Positions 1-13,409 of a stretch of 64,000 bases of DNA are shown piece by piece (the first letter of the stretch is position 1; every line of letters begins with the position of its first letter). The position numbers and the translations under genes are program-made. The DNA comes from Eledone cirrhosa. Taxonomy: Eukaryota. The notes beneath the pieces were generated by a model. That model was not told the DNA's origin and ran no database searches. It worked only from the letters and a program-made list of their open reading frames with translations. The stretch is taken from NCBI GenBank assembly GCA_964016885.1, contig OZ024758.1, forward strand, positions 31,558,001-31,622,000, in the 5' to 3' direction.

Positions 1-1784
1 GACAATAGATGTCAGCTGGGGGAAGGTCTATGTCCTACAATGTACAATAAATGACACAGCTGGGAGAAGGTCTATGTCCTACAATAGACAATAGATGACA
101 CAGCTGGGAGAAGGTCTATGTCCTACAATAGACAATAGATGACACAGCTGGGGGAAGGTCTATGTCCTACAATGGACAATAGATGACAGCTGGCGGAAGG
201 TCTATGTCCTACTATGGACAATAGATGTCAGCTGGGGGAAGGTCTATGTCCTACAATAGATAATAGATGACAGCTGGGGAAAGGTCTATGTCCTACAATA
301 GACAATAGATGACAGCTGGGGTAAGGTCTATGTCCTACAATAGACAATAGATGGCAGCTGGGGGAAGGTCTATGTCCTACAATGGACAATAGATGACACA
401 GCTGGGGGAAGGTCTATGTCCTACAATGGACAATAGATGACAGCTGGGGGAATGTCTATATCCTACAATGGTCAATAAATGACACAGCTGGGAGAAGGTC
501 TATGTCCTACAATGGACAATAGATGTGAGCTGGGGGAAGGTCTATGTCCTACAATAGAAAATAGATGACAGCTGGGGGAAGGTCTATGTCCTACAATAGA
601 CAATAGATGTCAGCTGGGGGAAGGTCTATGTCCTACAATAGACAATAGATGTCAGCTGGGGGAAGGTCTATGTCCAACAATAGACAATAGATGACACCTG
701 GGGAAAGGTCTATGTCCTACAATAGACAATAGATGACAGCTGGGGGAAGGTCTATGTCTTACAATAGACAATAGATGTCAGCTGGGGGAAGGTCTATGTC
801 CTTCAATAGACAATAGATGTCAGCTGGGGGAAGGTCTATGTCCTACAATGTACAATAGATGACACAGCTGGGAGAAGGTCTATTTCCTACAATAGACAAT
901 AGATATCAGCTGGGGGAAGGTCTATGTCCTACAATAGACAATAGATGTCAGCTGGGGGAAGGTCTATGTCCTACAATGGACAATAGATGACACAGCTGGG
1001 AGAAGGTCTATGTCCAACAATAGACAATAGATGACAGCTGGGGAAAGGTCTATGTCCTACAATAGACAATAGATGACAGCTGGGGGAAGGTCTATGTCCT
1101 ACAATAGACAATAGATGTCAGCTGGGGGAAGGTCTATGTCCTACAATAGACAATAGATGTCAGCTGGAGCAAGGTCTATGTCCTACAATAGACAATAGAT
1201 GACACAGTTGGGAGAAGGTCTATGTCCTACAATAGACAATAGATGACACAGCTGGGAGAAGGTCTATGTCCTTCAATAGACAATAGATGTCAGCTGGGGG
1301 AAGGTCTATGTCCTACAATGGACAATAAATGACAGCTGGGGGAAGGTCTATGTCTTACAATAGACAATAGATGTCAGCTGGGGGAAGGTCTGTGTCCTAC
1401 AATAGACAATAGATGTCAGCTGGGGCAAGGTCTATGTCCTACAATAGACAATAGATGACAGCTGGGGGAAGGTCTATGTCTTACAATAGACAATAGATGT
1501 CAGCTGGGGGAAGGTCTATGTCCTACAATAGACAATAGGTGTCAGCTGGGGCAAGGTCTATGTCCTACAATAGACAATAGATGACACCTGGGGAAAGGTC
1601 TATGTCCTACAATAGACAATAGATGACAGCTGGGGGAAGGTCTATGTCCTACAATAAACAATAGATGTCAGCTGGGAGAAGGTCTATGTCCTACAATGGA
1701 CAATAGATGACACAGCTGGGGGAAGGTCTATGTCCTACAATGGACAATAGATGACACAGCTGGGGGAAGGACTATGTCCTACAA

Positions 1785-2715
1785 TGGACAATAGATGACA
1801 GCTGGGGGAAGGTCTATGTCCTACAATGGACAATAGATGTCAGCTGGGGGAAGGTCTATGTCCTACAATGGACAATAGATGACAGCTGGGGGAAGGTCTA
1901 TGTCCTACAATGGACAATAGATGACAGCTGGGGGAAGGTCTATGTCCTACAATGGACAATAGATGACAGCTGGGGGAAGGTCTATGTCCTACAATGGACA
2001 ATAGATGACAGCTGGGGGAAGGTCTATGTCCTACAATGGACAATAGATGACAGCTGGGGGAAGGTCTATGTCCTACAATGGATAATAGATGACAGCTGGG
2101 GGAAGGTCTATGTCCTACAATGGACAATAGATGACAGCTGGGGGAAGGTCTATGTCCTACAATGGACAGTAGATGACAGCTGGGGGAAGGTCTATGTCCT
2201 ACAATGGACAATAGATGACAGCTGGGGGAAGGTCTATGTCCTACAATGGACAATAGATGACAGCTGGGGGAAGGTCTATGTCCTACAATGGACAATAGAT
2301 GACAGCTGGGGGAAGGTCTATGTCCTACAATGGGAAATAGATGTCAGCTGTGGGAAGGTCTATGTCCTACAATGGACAATAGATGACAGCTGGGGGAAGG
2401 TCTATGTCCTACAATGGACAATAGATGACAGCTGGGGGAAGGTCCATGTCCTACAATGGACAATAGATGACAGCTGGGGGAAGGTCTATGTCCTACAATG
2501 GACAATAGATGACAGCTGGGGGAAGGTCTATGTCCTACAATGGACAATAGATGACAGCTGGGGGAAGGTCTATGTCCTACAATGGACAATAGATGACAGC
2601 TGGGGGAAGGTCTATGTCCTACAATGGACAATAGATGACAGCTGGGGGAAGGTCTATGTCCTACAATGGACAATAGATGACAGCTGGGGAAAGGTCTATG
2701 TCCTACAATGGACAA
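1785..2715 (+). repeat. Near-pure consensus 42-bp tract (about 22 monomers)
   Basis: Consecutive ...AATGGACAATAGATGACAGCTGGGGG... units with no 44-bp monomers. The tract gives the uninterrupted ORFs 1840-2295 and 2344-2715. Confidence 0.9.
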
Positions 2716-5559
2716 TAAATGTCAGCTGGGGGAACGTCTATGTCCTACAATACAAAATAGATGACAGCTGGGGAAAGGTCTATGTCCTACAATAGACAAT
2801 AGATGACAGCTGGGGGAAGGTCTATGTCCTACAATAAACAATAGATGTCAGCTGGGGGAAGGTCTATGTCCTACAATAGACAATAGTTGTCAGCTGGGGG
2901 AATGTCTATGTCCTACATTGGACAATAGATGACAGCTGGGGCAAGGTCTATGTCCTACAATGGACGATAGATGACAGCTGGGGGAAGGTCTATGTCCTAC
3001 AATAGACAATAGATGACACAGCTGGGAGAAGGTCTATGTCCTACAATAGACAATAGATGACACAGCTGGGGCAAGGTCTATGTCCTACAATGGACAATAG
3101 ATGACAGCTGGGAGAAGGTCTATGTCCTACAATAGACAATAGATGTCAGCTGGGGGAAGGTCTATGTCCTACAATGTACAATAAATGACACAGCTGGGAG
3201 CAGGTCTATGTCCTACAATAGACAATAGATGACACAGCTGGGAGAAGGTCTGTGTCCTACAATAGACAATAGATGACACAGCTGGGGGAAGGTCTATGTC
3301 CTACAATGGACAATAGATGACAGCTGGGGGAAGGTCTATGTCCTACAATGGACAATATATGACACAGCTGGGGGAAGGTCTATGTCCTACAATGGACAAT
3401 AGATGACAGCTGGGGGAAGGTCTATGTCCTACTATGGACAATAGATGTCAGCTGGGGGAAGGTCTATGTCCTACAATAGATAATAGATGACAGCTGGGGA
3501 AAGGTCTATGTCCTACAATAGACAATAGATGACAGCTGGGGTAAGGTCTATGTCCTACAATAGACAATAGATGTCAGCTGGGGGAAAGTCTATGTCCTAC
3601 AATAGACAATAGATGTCAGCTGGTGCAAGGTCTATGTCCTACAATAGACAATAGATGACACAGCTGGGAGAAGGTCTATGTCCTACAATAGACAATAGAT
3701 GACACAGATGGGAGAAGATCTATGTCCTACAATAAACAATAGATGTCAGATGGGGGAAGGTCTATGTCCTACAATAGACAATAGATGACAGCTGGGGGAA
3801 GGAGTATGTCCTACAATGGACAATAGATGTCAGCTGGAGCAAGGTCTATGTCCTACAATAGACAATAGATGACACAGCTGGGAGAAGGTCTATGTCCTAC
3901 AATAGACAATAGATGACACAGCTGGGAGAAGGTCTATGTCCTTCAATAGACAATAGATGTCAGCTGGGGGAAGGTCTATGTCCTACAATGGACAATAGCT
4001 GACACAGCTGGGAGAAGGTCTATGTCCTACAATGGACAATAGATGACACAGCTGGGGGAAGGTCTATGTCCTACAATGGACAATAGATGACAGCTGGGGG
4101 AAGGTCTATGTCCTACAATGGACAATAGATGACACAGCTGGGGGAAGGTCTATGTCCTACAATGGAAAATAGATGACAGCTGGCGGAAGGTCTATGTCCT
4201 ACTATGGACAATAGATGTCAGCTGGGGGAAGGTCTATGTCCTACAATAGATAATAGATGACAGCTGGGGAAAGGTCTATGTCCTACAATAGACAATAGAT
4301 GTCAGCTGGGGCAAGGTCTATGTCCTACAATGGACAATAGATGACACAGCTGGGGGAAGGTCTATGTCCTACAATGGACAATAGATGACAGCTGGGGGAA
4401 TGTCTATATCCTACAATGGACAATAGATGACACAGCTGGGAGAAGGTCTATGTCCTACAATGGACAATAGATGACAGCTGGGGGAAGGTCTATGTCCTAC
4501 AATGGACAATAGATGTGAGCTGAGGGAAGGTCTATGTCCTACAATAGAAAATAGATGACAGCTGGGACAAGGTCTATGTCCTACAATAGACAATAGATGA
4601 CAGCTGGGGGAAGGTCTATGTCCTACAATAGACAATAGATGTCAGCTGGGGGAAGGTCTATGTCCTACAATAGACAATAGATGTCAGCTGGGGGAAGGTC
4701 TATGTCCAACAATAGACAATAGATGACACCTGGGGAAAGGTCTATGTCCTACAATAGACAATAGATGACAGCTGGGGGAAGGTCTATGTCTTACAATAGA
4801 CAATAGATGTCAGCTGGGGGAAGGTCTATGTCCTTCAATAGACAATAGATGTCAGCTGGGGGAAGGTCTATGTCCTACAATGTACAATAGATGACACAGC
4901 TGGGAGAAGGTCTATGTCCTACAATAGACAATAGATATCAGCTGGGGGAAGGTCTATGTCCTACAATAGACAATAGATGTCAGCTGGGGGAAGGTCTATG
5001 TCCTACAACGGACAATAGATGACACAGCTGGGAGAAGGTCTATGTCCAACAATAGACAATAGATGACAGCTGGGGAAAGGTCTATGTCCTACAATAGACA
5101 ATAGATGACAGCTGGGGGAAGGTCTATGTCCTACAATAGACAATAGATGTCAGCTGGGGGAAGGTCTATGTCCTACAATAGACAATAAATGTCAGCTGGA
5201 GCAAGGTCTATGTCCTACAATAGACAATAGATGACACAGTTGGGAGAAGGTCTATGTCCTACAATAGACAATAGATGACACAGCTGGGAGAAGGTCTATG
5301 TCCTTCAATAGACAATAGATGTCAGCTGGGGTAGGTCTATGTCCTACAATGGACAATAGATGACAGCTGGGGGAAGGTCTATGTCTTACAATAGACAATA
5401 GATGTCAGCTGGGGGAAGGTCTGTGTCCTACAATAGACAATAGATGTCAGCTGGGGCAAGGTCTATGTCCTACAATAGACAATAGATGACAGCTGGGGGA
5501 AGGTCTATGTCTTACAATAGACAATAGATGTCAGCTGGGGGAAGGTCTATGTCCTACAA

Positions 5560-6910
5560 TAGACAATAGATGTCAGCTGGGGCAAGGTCTATGTCCTACA
5601 ATAGACAATAGATGACACCTGGGGAAAGGTCTATGTCCTACAATAGACAATAGATGACAGCTGGGGGAAGGTCTATGTCCTACAATAAACAATAGATGTC
5701 AGCTGGGAGAAGGTCTATGTCCTACAATGGACAATAGATGACACAGCTGGGGGAAGGTCTATGTCCTACAATGGACAATAGATGACACAGCTGGGGGAAG
5801 GACTATGTCCTACAATGGACAATAGATGACAGCTGGGGGAAGGTCTATGTCCTACAATGGACAATAGATGTCAGCTGGGGGAAGGTCTATGTCCTACAAT
5901 GGACAATAGATGACAGCTGGGGGAAGGTCTATGTCCTACAATGTACAATAGATGACAGCTGGGGGAAGGTCTATGTCCTACAATGGACAATAGATGACAG
6001 CTGGGGGAAGGTCTATGTCCTACAATGGACAATAGATGACAGCTGGGGGAAGGTCTATGTCCTACAATGGACAATAGATGACAGCTGGGGGAAGGTCTAT
6101 GTCCTACAATGGACAATAGATGACAGCTGGGGGAAGGTCTATGTCCTACAATGGATAATAGATGACAGCTGGGGGAAGGTCTATGTCCTACAATGGACAG
6201 TAGATGACAGCTGGGGGAAGGTCTATGTCCTACAATAGACAATAGATGTCAGCTGGGGCAAGGTCTATGTCCTACAATAGACAATAGATGACACCTGGGG
6301 AAAGGTCTATGTCCTACAATAGACAATAGATGACAGCTGGGGGAAGGTCTATGTCCTACAATAAACAATAGATGTCAGCTGGGAGAAGGTCTATGTCCTA
6401 CAATGGACAATAGATGACACAGCTGGGGGAAGGTCTATGTCCTACAATGGACAATAGATGACACAGCTGGGGGAAGGACTATGTCCTACAATGGACAATA
6501 GATGACAGCTGGGGGAAGGTCTATGTCCTACAATGGACAATAGATGTCAGCTGGGGGAAGGTCTATGTCCTACAATGGACAATAGATGACAGCTGGGGGA
6601 AGGTCTATGTCCTACAATGTACAATAGATGACAGCTGGGGGAAGGTCTATGTCCTACAATGGACAATAGATGACAGCTGGGGGAAGGTCTATGTCCTACA
6701 ATGGACAATAGATGACAGCTGGGGGAAGGTCTATGTCCTACAATGGACAATAGATGACAGCTGGGGGAAGGTCTATGTCCTACAATGGACAATAGATGAC
6801 AGCTGGGGGAAGGTCTATGTCCTACAATGGATAATAGATGACAGCTGGGGGAAGGTCTATGTCCTACAATGGACAGTAGATGACAGCTGGGGGAAGGTCT
6901 ATGTCCTACG
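5560..6910 (+). repeat. 676-bp tandem duplication (16 monomers: 14x42 + 2x44)
   Basis: The variant string GACACCTG, AATAAAC, GGACTATG, TGTACAAT, GGATAAT, GGACAGT occurs twice in succession. ORFs 5871 and 6547 are offset by 676. Confidence 0.88.
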
Positions 6911-7425
6911 ATGGACAATAGATGACAGCTGGGGGAAGGTCTATGTCCTACAATGGACAATAGATGACAGCTGGGGGAAGGTCTATGTCCTACAATGGAC
7001 AATAGATGACAGCTGGGGGAAGGTCTATGTCCTACAATGGGAAATAGATGTCAGCTGGGGGAAGGTCTATGTCCTACAATGGACAATAGATGACAGCTGG
7101 GGGAAGGTCTATGTCCTACAATGGACAATAGATGACAGCTGGGGGAAGGTCTATGTCCTACAATGGACAATAGATGACAGCTGGGGGAAGGTCTATGTCC
7201 TACAATGGACAATAGATGACAGCTGGGGGAAGGTCTATGTCCTACAATGGACAATAGATGACAGCTGGGGGAAGGTCTATGTCCTACAATGGACAATAGA
7301 TGACAGCTGGGGGAAGGTCTATGTCCTACAATGGACAATAGATGACAGCTGGGGGAAGGTCTATGTCCTACAATGGACAATAGATGACAGCTGGGGGAAG
7401 GTCTATGTCCTACAATGGACAATAG
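6490..7425 (+). repeat. Near-pure consensus 42-bp tract
   Basis: A run of consensus monomers with no 44-bp units, covering ORFs 6547-7002 and 7051-7422. Confidence 0.88.
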
Positions 7426-9159
7426 ATGACACAGCTGGGGGAAGGTCTATGTCCTACAATGGAAAATAGATGACAGCTGGCGGAAGGTCTATGTCCTACT
7501 ATGGACAATAGATGTCAGCTGGGGGAAGGTCTATGTCCTACAATAGATAATAGATGACAGCTGGGGAAAGGTCTATGTCCTACAATAGACAATAGATGTC
7601 AGCTGGGGCAAGGTCTATGTCCTACAATGGACAATAGATGACACAGCTGGGGGAAGGTCTATGTCCTACAATGGACAATAGATGACAGCTGGGGGAATGT
7701 CTATATCCTACAATGGACAATAGATGACACAGCTGGGAGAAGGTCTATGTCCTACAATGGACAATAGATGACAGCTGGGGGAAGGTCTATGTCCTACAAT
7801 GGACAATAGATGTGAGCTGGGGGAAGGTCTATGTCCTACAATAGAAAATAGATGACAGCTGGGACAAGGTCTATGTCCTACAATAGACAATAGATGACAG
7901 CTGGGGGAAGGTCTATGTCCTACAATAGACAATAGATGTCAGCTGGGGGAAGGTCTATGTCCTACAATAGACAATAGATGTCAGCTGGGGGAAGGTCTAT
8001 GTCCAACAATAGACAATAGATGACACCTGGGGAAAGGTCTATGTCCTACAATAGACAATAGATGACAGCTGGGGGAAGGTCTATGTCTTACAATAGACAA
8101 TAGATGTCAGCTGGGGGAAGGTCTATGTCCTTCAATAGACAATAGATGTCAGCTGGGGGAAGGTCTATGTCCTACAATGTACAATAGATGACACAGCTGG
8201 GAGAAGGTCTATGTCCTACAATAGACAATAGATATCAGCTGGGGGAAGGTCTATGTCCTACAATAGACAATAGATGTCAGCTGGGGGAAGGTCTATGTCC
8301 TACAACGGACAATAGATGACACAGCTGGGAGAAGGTCTATGTCCAACAATAGACAATAGATGACAGCTGGGGAAAGGTCTATGTCCTACAATAGACAATA
8401 GATGACAGCTGGGGGAAGGTCTATGTCCTACAATAGACAATAGATGTCAGCTGGGGGAAGGTCTATGTCCTACAATAGACAATAAATGTCAGCTGGAGCA
8501 AGGTCTATGTCCTACAATAGACAATAGATGACACAGTTGGGAGAAGGTCTATGTCCTACAATAGACAATAGATGACACAGCTGGGAGAAGGTCTATGTCC
8601 TTCAATAGACAATAGATGTCAGCTGGGGTAGGTCTATGTCCTACAATGGACAATAGATGACAGCTGGGGGAAGGTCTATGTCTTACAATAGACAATAGAT
8701 GTCAGCTGGGGGAAGGTCTGTGTCCTACAATAGACAATAGATGTCAGCTGGGGCAAGGTCTATGTCCTACAATAGACAATAGATGACAGCTGGGGGAAGG
8801 TCTATGTCTTACAATAGACAATAGATGTCAGCTGGGGGAAGGTCTATGTCCTACAATAGACAATAGATGTCAGCTGGGGCAAGGTCTATGTCCTACAATA
8901 GACAATAGATGACACCTGGGGAAAGGTCTATGTCCTACAATAGACAATAGATGACAGCTGGGGGAAGGTCTATGTCCTACAATAAACAATAGATGTCAGC
9001 TGGGAGAAGGTCTATGTCCTACAATGGACAATAGATGACACAGCTGGGGGAAGGTCTATGTCCTACAATGGACAATAGATGACACAGCTGGGGGAAGGAC
9101 TATGTCCTACAATGGACAATAGATGACAGCTGGAGGAAGGTCTATGTCCTACAATGGAC

Positions 9160-10260
9160 AATAGATGTCAGCTGGGGGAAGGTCTATGTCCTACAATGGA
9201 CAATAGATGACAGCTGGGGGAAGGTCTATGTCCTACAATGTACAATAGATGACAGCTGGGGGAAGGTCTATGTCCTACAATGGACAATAGATGACAGCTG
9301 GGGGAAGGTCTATGTCCTACAATGGACAATAGATGACAGCTGGGGGAAGGTCTATGTCCTACAATGGACAATAGATGACAGCTGGGGGAAGGTCTATGTC
9401 CTACAATGGACAATAGATGACAGCTGGGGGAAGGTCTATGTCCTACAATGGATAATAGATGACAGCTGGGGGAAGGTCTATGTCCTACAATGGGCAGTAG
9501 ATGACAGCTGGGGGAAGGTCTATGTCCTACGATGGACAATAGATGACAGCTGGGGGAAGGTCTATGTCCTACAATGGACAATAGATGACAGCTGGGGGAA
9601 GGTCTATGTCCTACAATGGACAATAGATGACAGCTGGGGGAAGGTCTATGTCCTACAATGGGAAATAGATGTCAGCTGGGGGAAGGTCTATGTCCTACAA
9701 TGGACAATAGATGACAGCTGGGGGAAGGTCTATGTCCTACAATGGACAATAGATGACAGCTGGGGGAAGGTCTATGTCCTACAATGGACAATAGATGACA
9801 GCTGGGGGATGGTCTATGTCCTACAATGGACAATAGATGACAGCTGGGGGAAGGTCTATGTCCTACAATGGACAATAGATGACAGCTGGGGGAAGGTCTA
9901 TGTCCTACAATGGACAATAGATGACAGCTGGGGGAAGGTCTATGTCCTACAATGGACAATAGATGACAGCTGGGGGAAGGTCTATGTCCTACAATGGACA
10001 ATAGATGACAGCTGGGGGAAGGTCTATGTCCTACAATGGACAATAGATGACAGCTGGGGGAAGGTCTATGTCCTACAATGGACAATAGATGACAGCTGGG
10101 GGAAGGTCTATGTCCTACAATGGACAATAGATGACAGCTGGGGGAAGGTCTATGTCCTACAATGGACAATAGATGACAGCTGGGGGAAGGTCTATGTCCT
10201 ACAATGGACAATAGATGACAGCTGGGGGAAGGTCTATGTCCTACAATGGACAATAGATGA
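9160..10260 (+). repeat. Longest near-pure consensus 42-bp tract (about 26 monomers)
   Basis: Almost invariant monomers. This is the only place where the + strand frame (VYVLQWTIDDSWGK)n gives a long ORF (9809-10333). Confidence 0.9.
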
Positions 10261-13200
10261 CAGCTGGGGCAAGGTCTATGTCCTACAATGGACGATAGAT
10301 GACAGCTGGGGGAAGGTCTATGTCCTACAATAGACAATAGATGACACAGCTGGGAGAAGGTCTATGTCCTACAATAGACAATAGATGACACAGCTGGGGC
10401 AAGGTCTATGTCCTACAATGGACAATAGATGACAGCTGGGAGAAGGTCTATGTCCTACAATAGACAATAGATGTCAGCTGGGGGAAGGTCTATGTCCTAC
10501 AATGTACAATAAATGACACAGCTGGGAGCAGGTCTATGTCTTACAATAGACAATAGATGACACAGCTGGGAGAAGGTCTATGTCCTACAATAGACAATAG
10601 ATGACACAGCTGGGGGAAGGTCTATGTCCTACAATGGACAATAGATGACAGCTGGGGGAAGGTCTATGTCCTACAATGGACAATAAATGACACAGCTGGG
10701 GGAAGGTCTATGTCCTACAATGGACAATAAATGACAGCTGGGGGAAGGTCTATGTCCTACTATGGACAATAGATGTCAGCTGGGGGAAGGTCTATGTCCT
10801 ACAATAGATAATAGATGACAGCTGGGGAAAGGTCTATGTCCTACAATAGACAATAGATGACAGCTGGGGTAAGGTCTATGTCCTACAATAGACAATAGAT
10901 GTCAGCTGGGGGAAAGTCTATGTCCTACAATAGACAATAGATGTCAGCTGGGGCAAGGTCTATGTCCTACAATAGACAATAGATGACACAGCTGGGAGAA
11001 GGTCTATGTCCTACAATAGACAATAGATGACACAGATGGGAGAAGATCTATGTCCTACAATAAACAATAGATGTCAGATGGGGGAAGGTCTATGTCCTAC
11101 AATAGACAATAGATGACAGCTGGGGGAAGGAGTATGTCCTACAATGGACAATAGATGTCAGCTGGAGCAAGGTCTATGTCCTACAATAGACAATAGATGA
11201 CACAGCTGGGAGAAGGTCTATGTCCTACAATAGACAATAGATGACACAGCTGGGAGAAGGTCTATGTCCTTCAATAGACAATAGATGTCAGCTGGGGGAA
11301 GGTCTATGTCCTACAATGGACAATAGCTGACACAGCTGGGAGAAGGTCTATGTCCTACAATGGACAATAGATGACACAGCTGGGGGAAGGTCTATGTCCT
11401 ACAATGGACAATAGATGACACAGCTGGGAGAAGGTCTTTGTCCTACAATGGACAATAGATGACAGCTGGGGGAAGGTCTATATCCTACAATGGACAATAG
11501 ATGACACAGCTGGGAGAAGGTCTATGTCCTACAATAGACAATAGATGGCAGCTGGGGGAAGGTCTATGTCCTACAATGGACAATAGATGACAAAGCTGGG
11601 AGAAGGTCTATGTCCTACAATAGACAATAGATGTCAGCTGGGGCAAGGTCTATGTCCTACAATGGACAATAGATGACACAGCTGGGGGAAGGTCTATGTC
11701 CTACAATGGACAATAGATGACAGCTGGGGGAATGTCTATGTCCTACAATGGACAATAGATGACACAGCTGGGAGAAGGTCTATGTCCTACAATGGACAAT
11801 AGATGACAGCTGGGGGAAGGTCTATGTCCTACAATGGACAATAGATGTGAGCTGGGGGAAGGTCTATGTCCTACACTAGACAATAGATGACAGCTGGGAC
11901 AAGGTCTATGTCCTACAATAGACAATAGATGACAGCTGGGGGAAGGTCTATGTCCTACAATAGACAATAGATGTCAGCTGGGGGAAGGTCTATGTCCTAC
12001 AATAGACAATAGATGTCAGCTGGGGAAAGGTCTATGTCCTACAATAGACAATAGATGACAGCTGGGGGAAGGTCTATGTCTTACAATAGACAATAGATGT
12101 CAGCTGGGGGAAGGTCTATGTCCTTCAATAGACAATAGATGTCAGCTGGGGGAAGGTCTATGTCCTACAACGTACAATAGATGACACAGCTGGGAGAAGG
12201 TCTATGTCCTACAATAGACAATAGATATCAGCTGGGGGAAGGTCTATGTCCTACAATAGACAATAGATGTCAGCTGGGGAAGGTCTATGTCCTACAATGG
12301 ACAATAGATGACACAGCTGGGAGAAGGTCTATGTCCAACAATAGACAATAGATGACAGCTGGGGAAAGGTCTATGTCCTACAATAGACAATAGATGACAG
12401 CTGGGGGAAGGTCTATGTCCTACAATAGACAATAGATGTCAGCTGGGGGAAGGTCTATGTCCTACAATAGACAATAGATGTCAGCTGGAGCAAGGTCTAT
12501 GTCCTACAATAGACAATAGATGACACAGCTGGGAGAAGGTCTATGTTCTTCAATAGACAATAGATGTCAGCTGGGGGAAGGTCTATGTCCTACAATGGAC
12601 AATAGATGACACAGCTGGGAGAAGGTCTATGTCCTACAATAGACAATAGATATCAGCTGGGGGAAGGTCTATGTCCTACAATGGACAATAGATGACACAG
12701 CTGGGTGAAGGTCTATGTCCTACAATAGACAATAGATGTCAGCTGGGGGAAGGTCTATGTCCTACAATGGACAATAGATGACACAGCTGGGGGAAGGTCT
12801 ATGTCCTACAATGGACAATAGATGACAGCTGGGGGAAGGTCTATGTCCTACAATGGACAATAGATGACACAGCTGGGAGAAGGTCTATGTCCTACAATGG
12901 ACAATATATGACAGCTGGGGGAAGGTCTATGTCCTACAATGGACAATAGATGTCAGCTGGGGAAGGTCTATGTCCTACAATAGACAATAGATGTCAGCTG
13001 GGGGAAGGTCTATGTCCTACAATGGACAATAGATGTCAGCTGGGGGAAGGTCTATGTCCTACAATAGACAATAGATGTCAGCTGGGGGAAGGTCTATGTC
13101 CTACAATAGACAATATATGTCAGCTGGGGGAAGGTCTATGTCCTACAATGGACAATAGATGACAAAGCTGGGAGAAGGTCTATGTCCTACAATAGACAAT

Positions 13201-13409
13201 AGATGTCAGCTGGGGCAAGGTCTATGTCCTACAATGGACAATAGCTGACACAGCTGGGAGAAGGTCTATGTCCTACAATGGACAATAGATGACACAGCTG
13301 GGGGAAGGTCTATGTCGTACAATGGACAATAGATGACGCAGCTGGGGGAAGGTCTATGTCCTACAATAGACAATAGATGACAGCTGGGGGGAAGGTCTAT
13401 GTCCTACAA

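Larger units (their letters stand above)
4080..10000 (+). repeat. Higher-order tandem duplication with a 3297-bp offset (2621-bp core plus an internal 676-bp duplication in the first copy)
   Basis: The marker GGAAAATAG..GCTGGCGG sits at 4164 and 7461. ORF pairs 4411/7708 and 5871/9168 are offset by 3297, and 6547/9168 by 2621. A 41-bp monomer (GGGGTAGG) is shared at about 5330 and 8627. Confidence 0.88.

Noticed and set aside
9809-10333. Plus-strand ORF (VYVLQWTIDDSWGK)n
   Set aside because: It arises from a single A>T variant creating ATG inside a pure-consensus tract and ends at the first AATAG allele (TAG). It is a repeat artefact.
12950-13162. Plus-strand 70-aa ORF (QLGEGLCPTIDNRC)n
   Set aside because: It results from a chance run of GTC-type monomers after a 1-bp G-run deletion, with no coding evidence.
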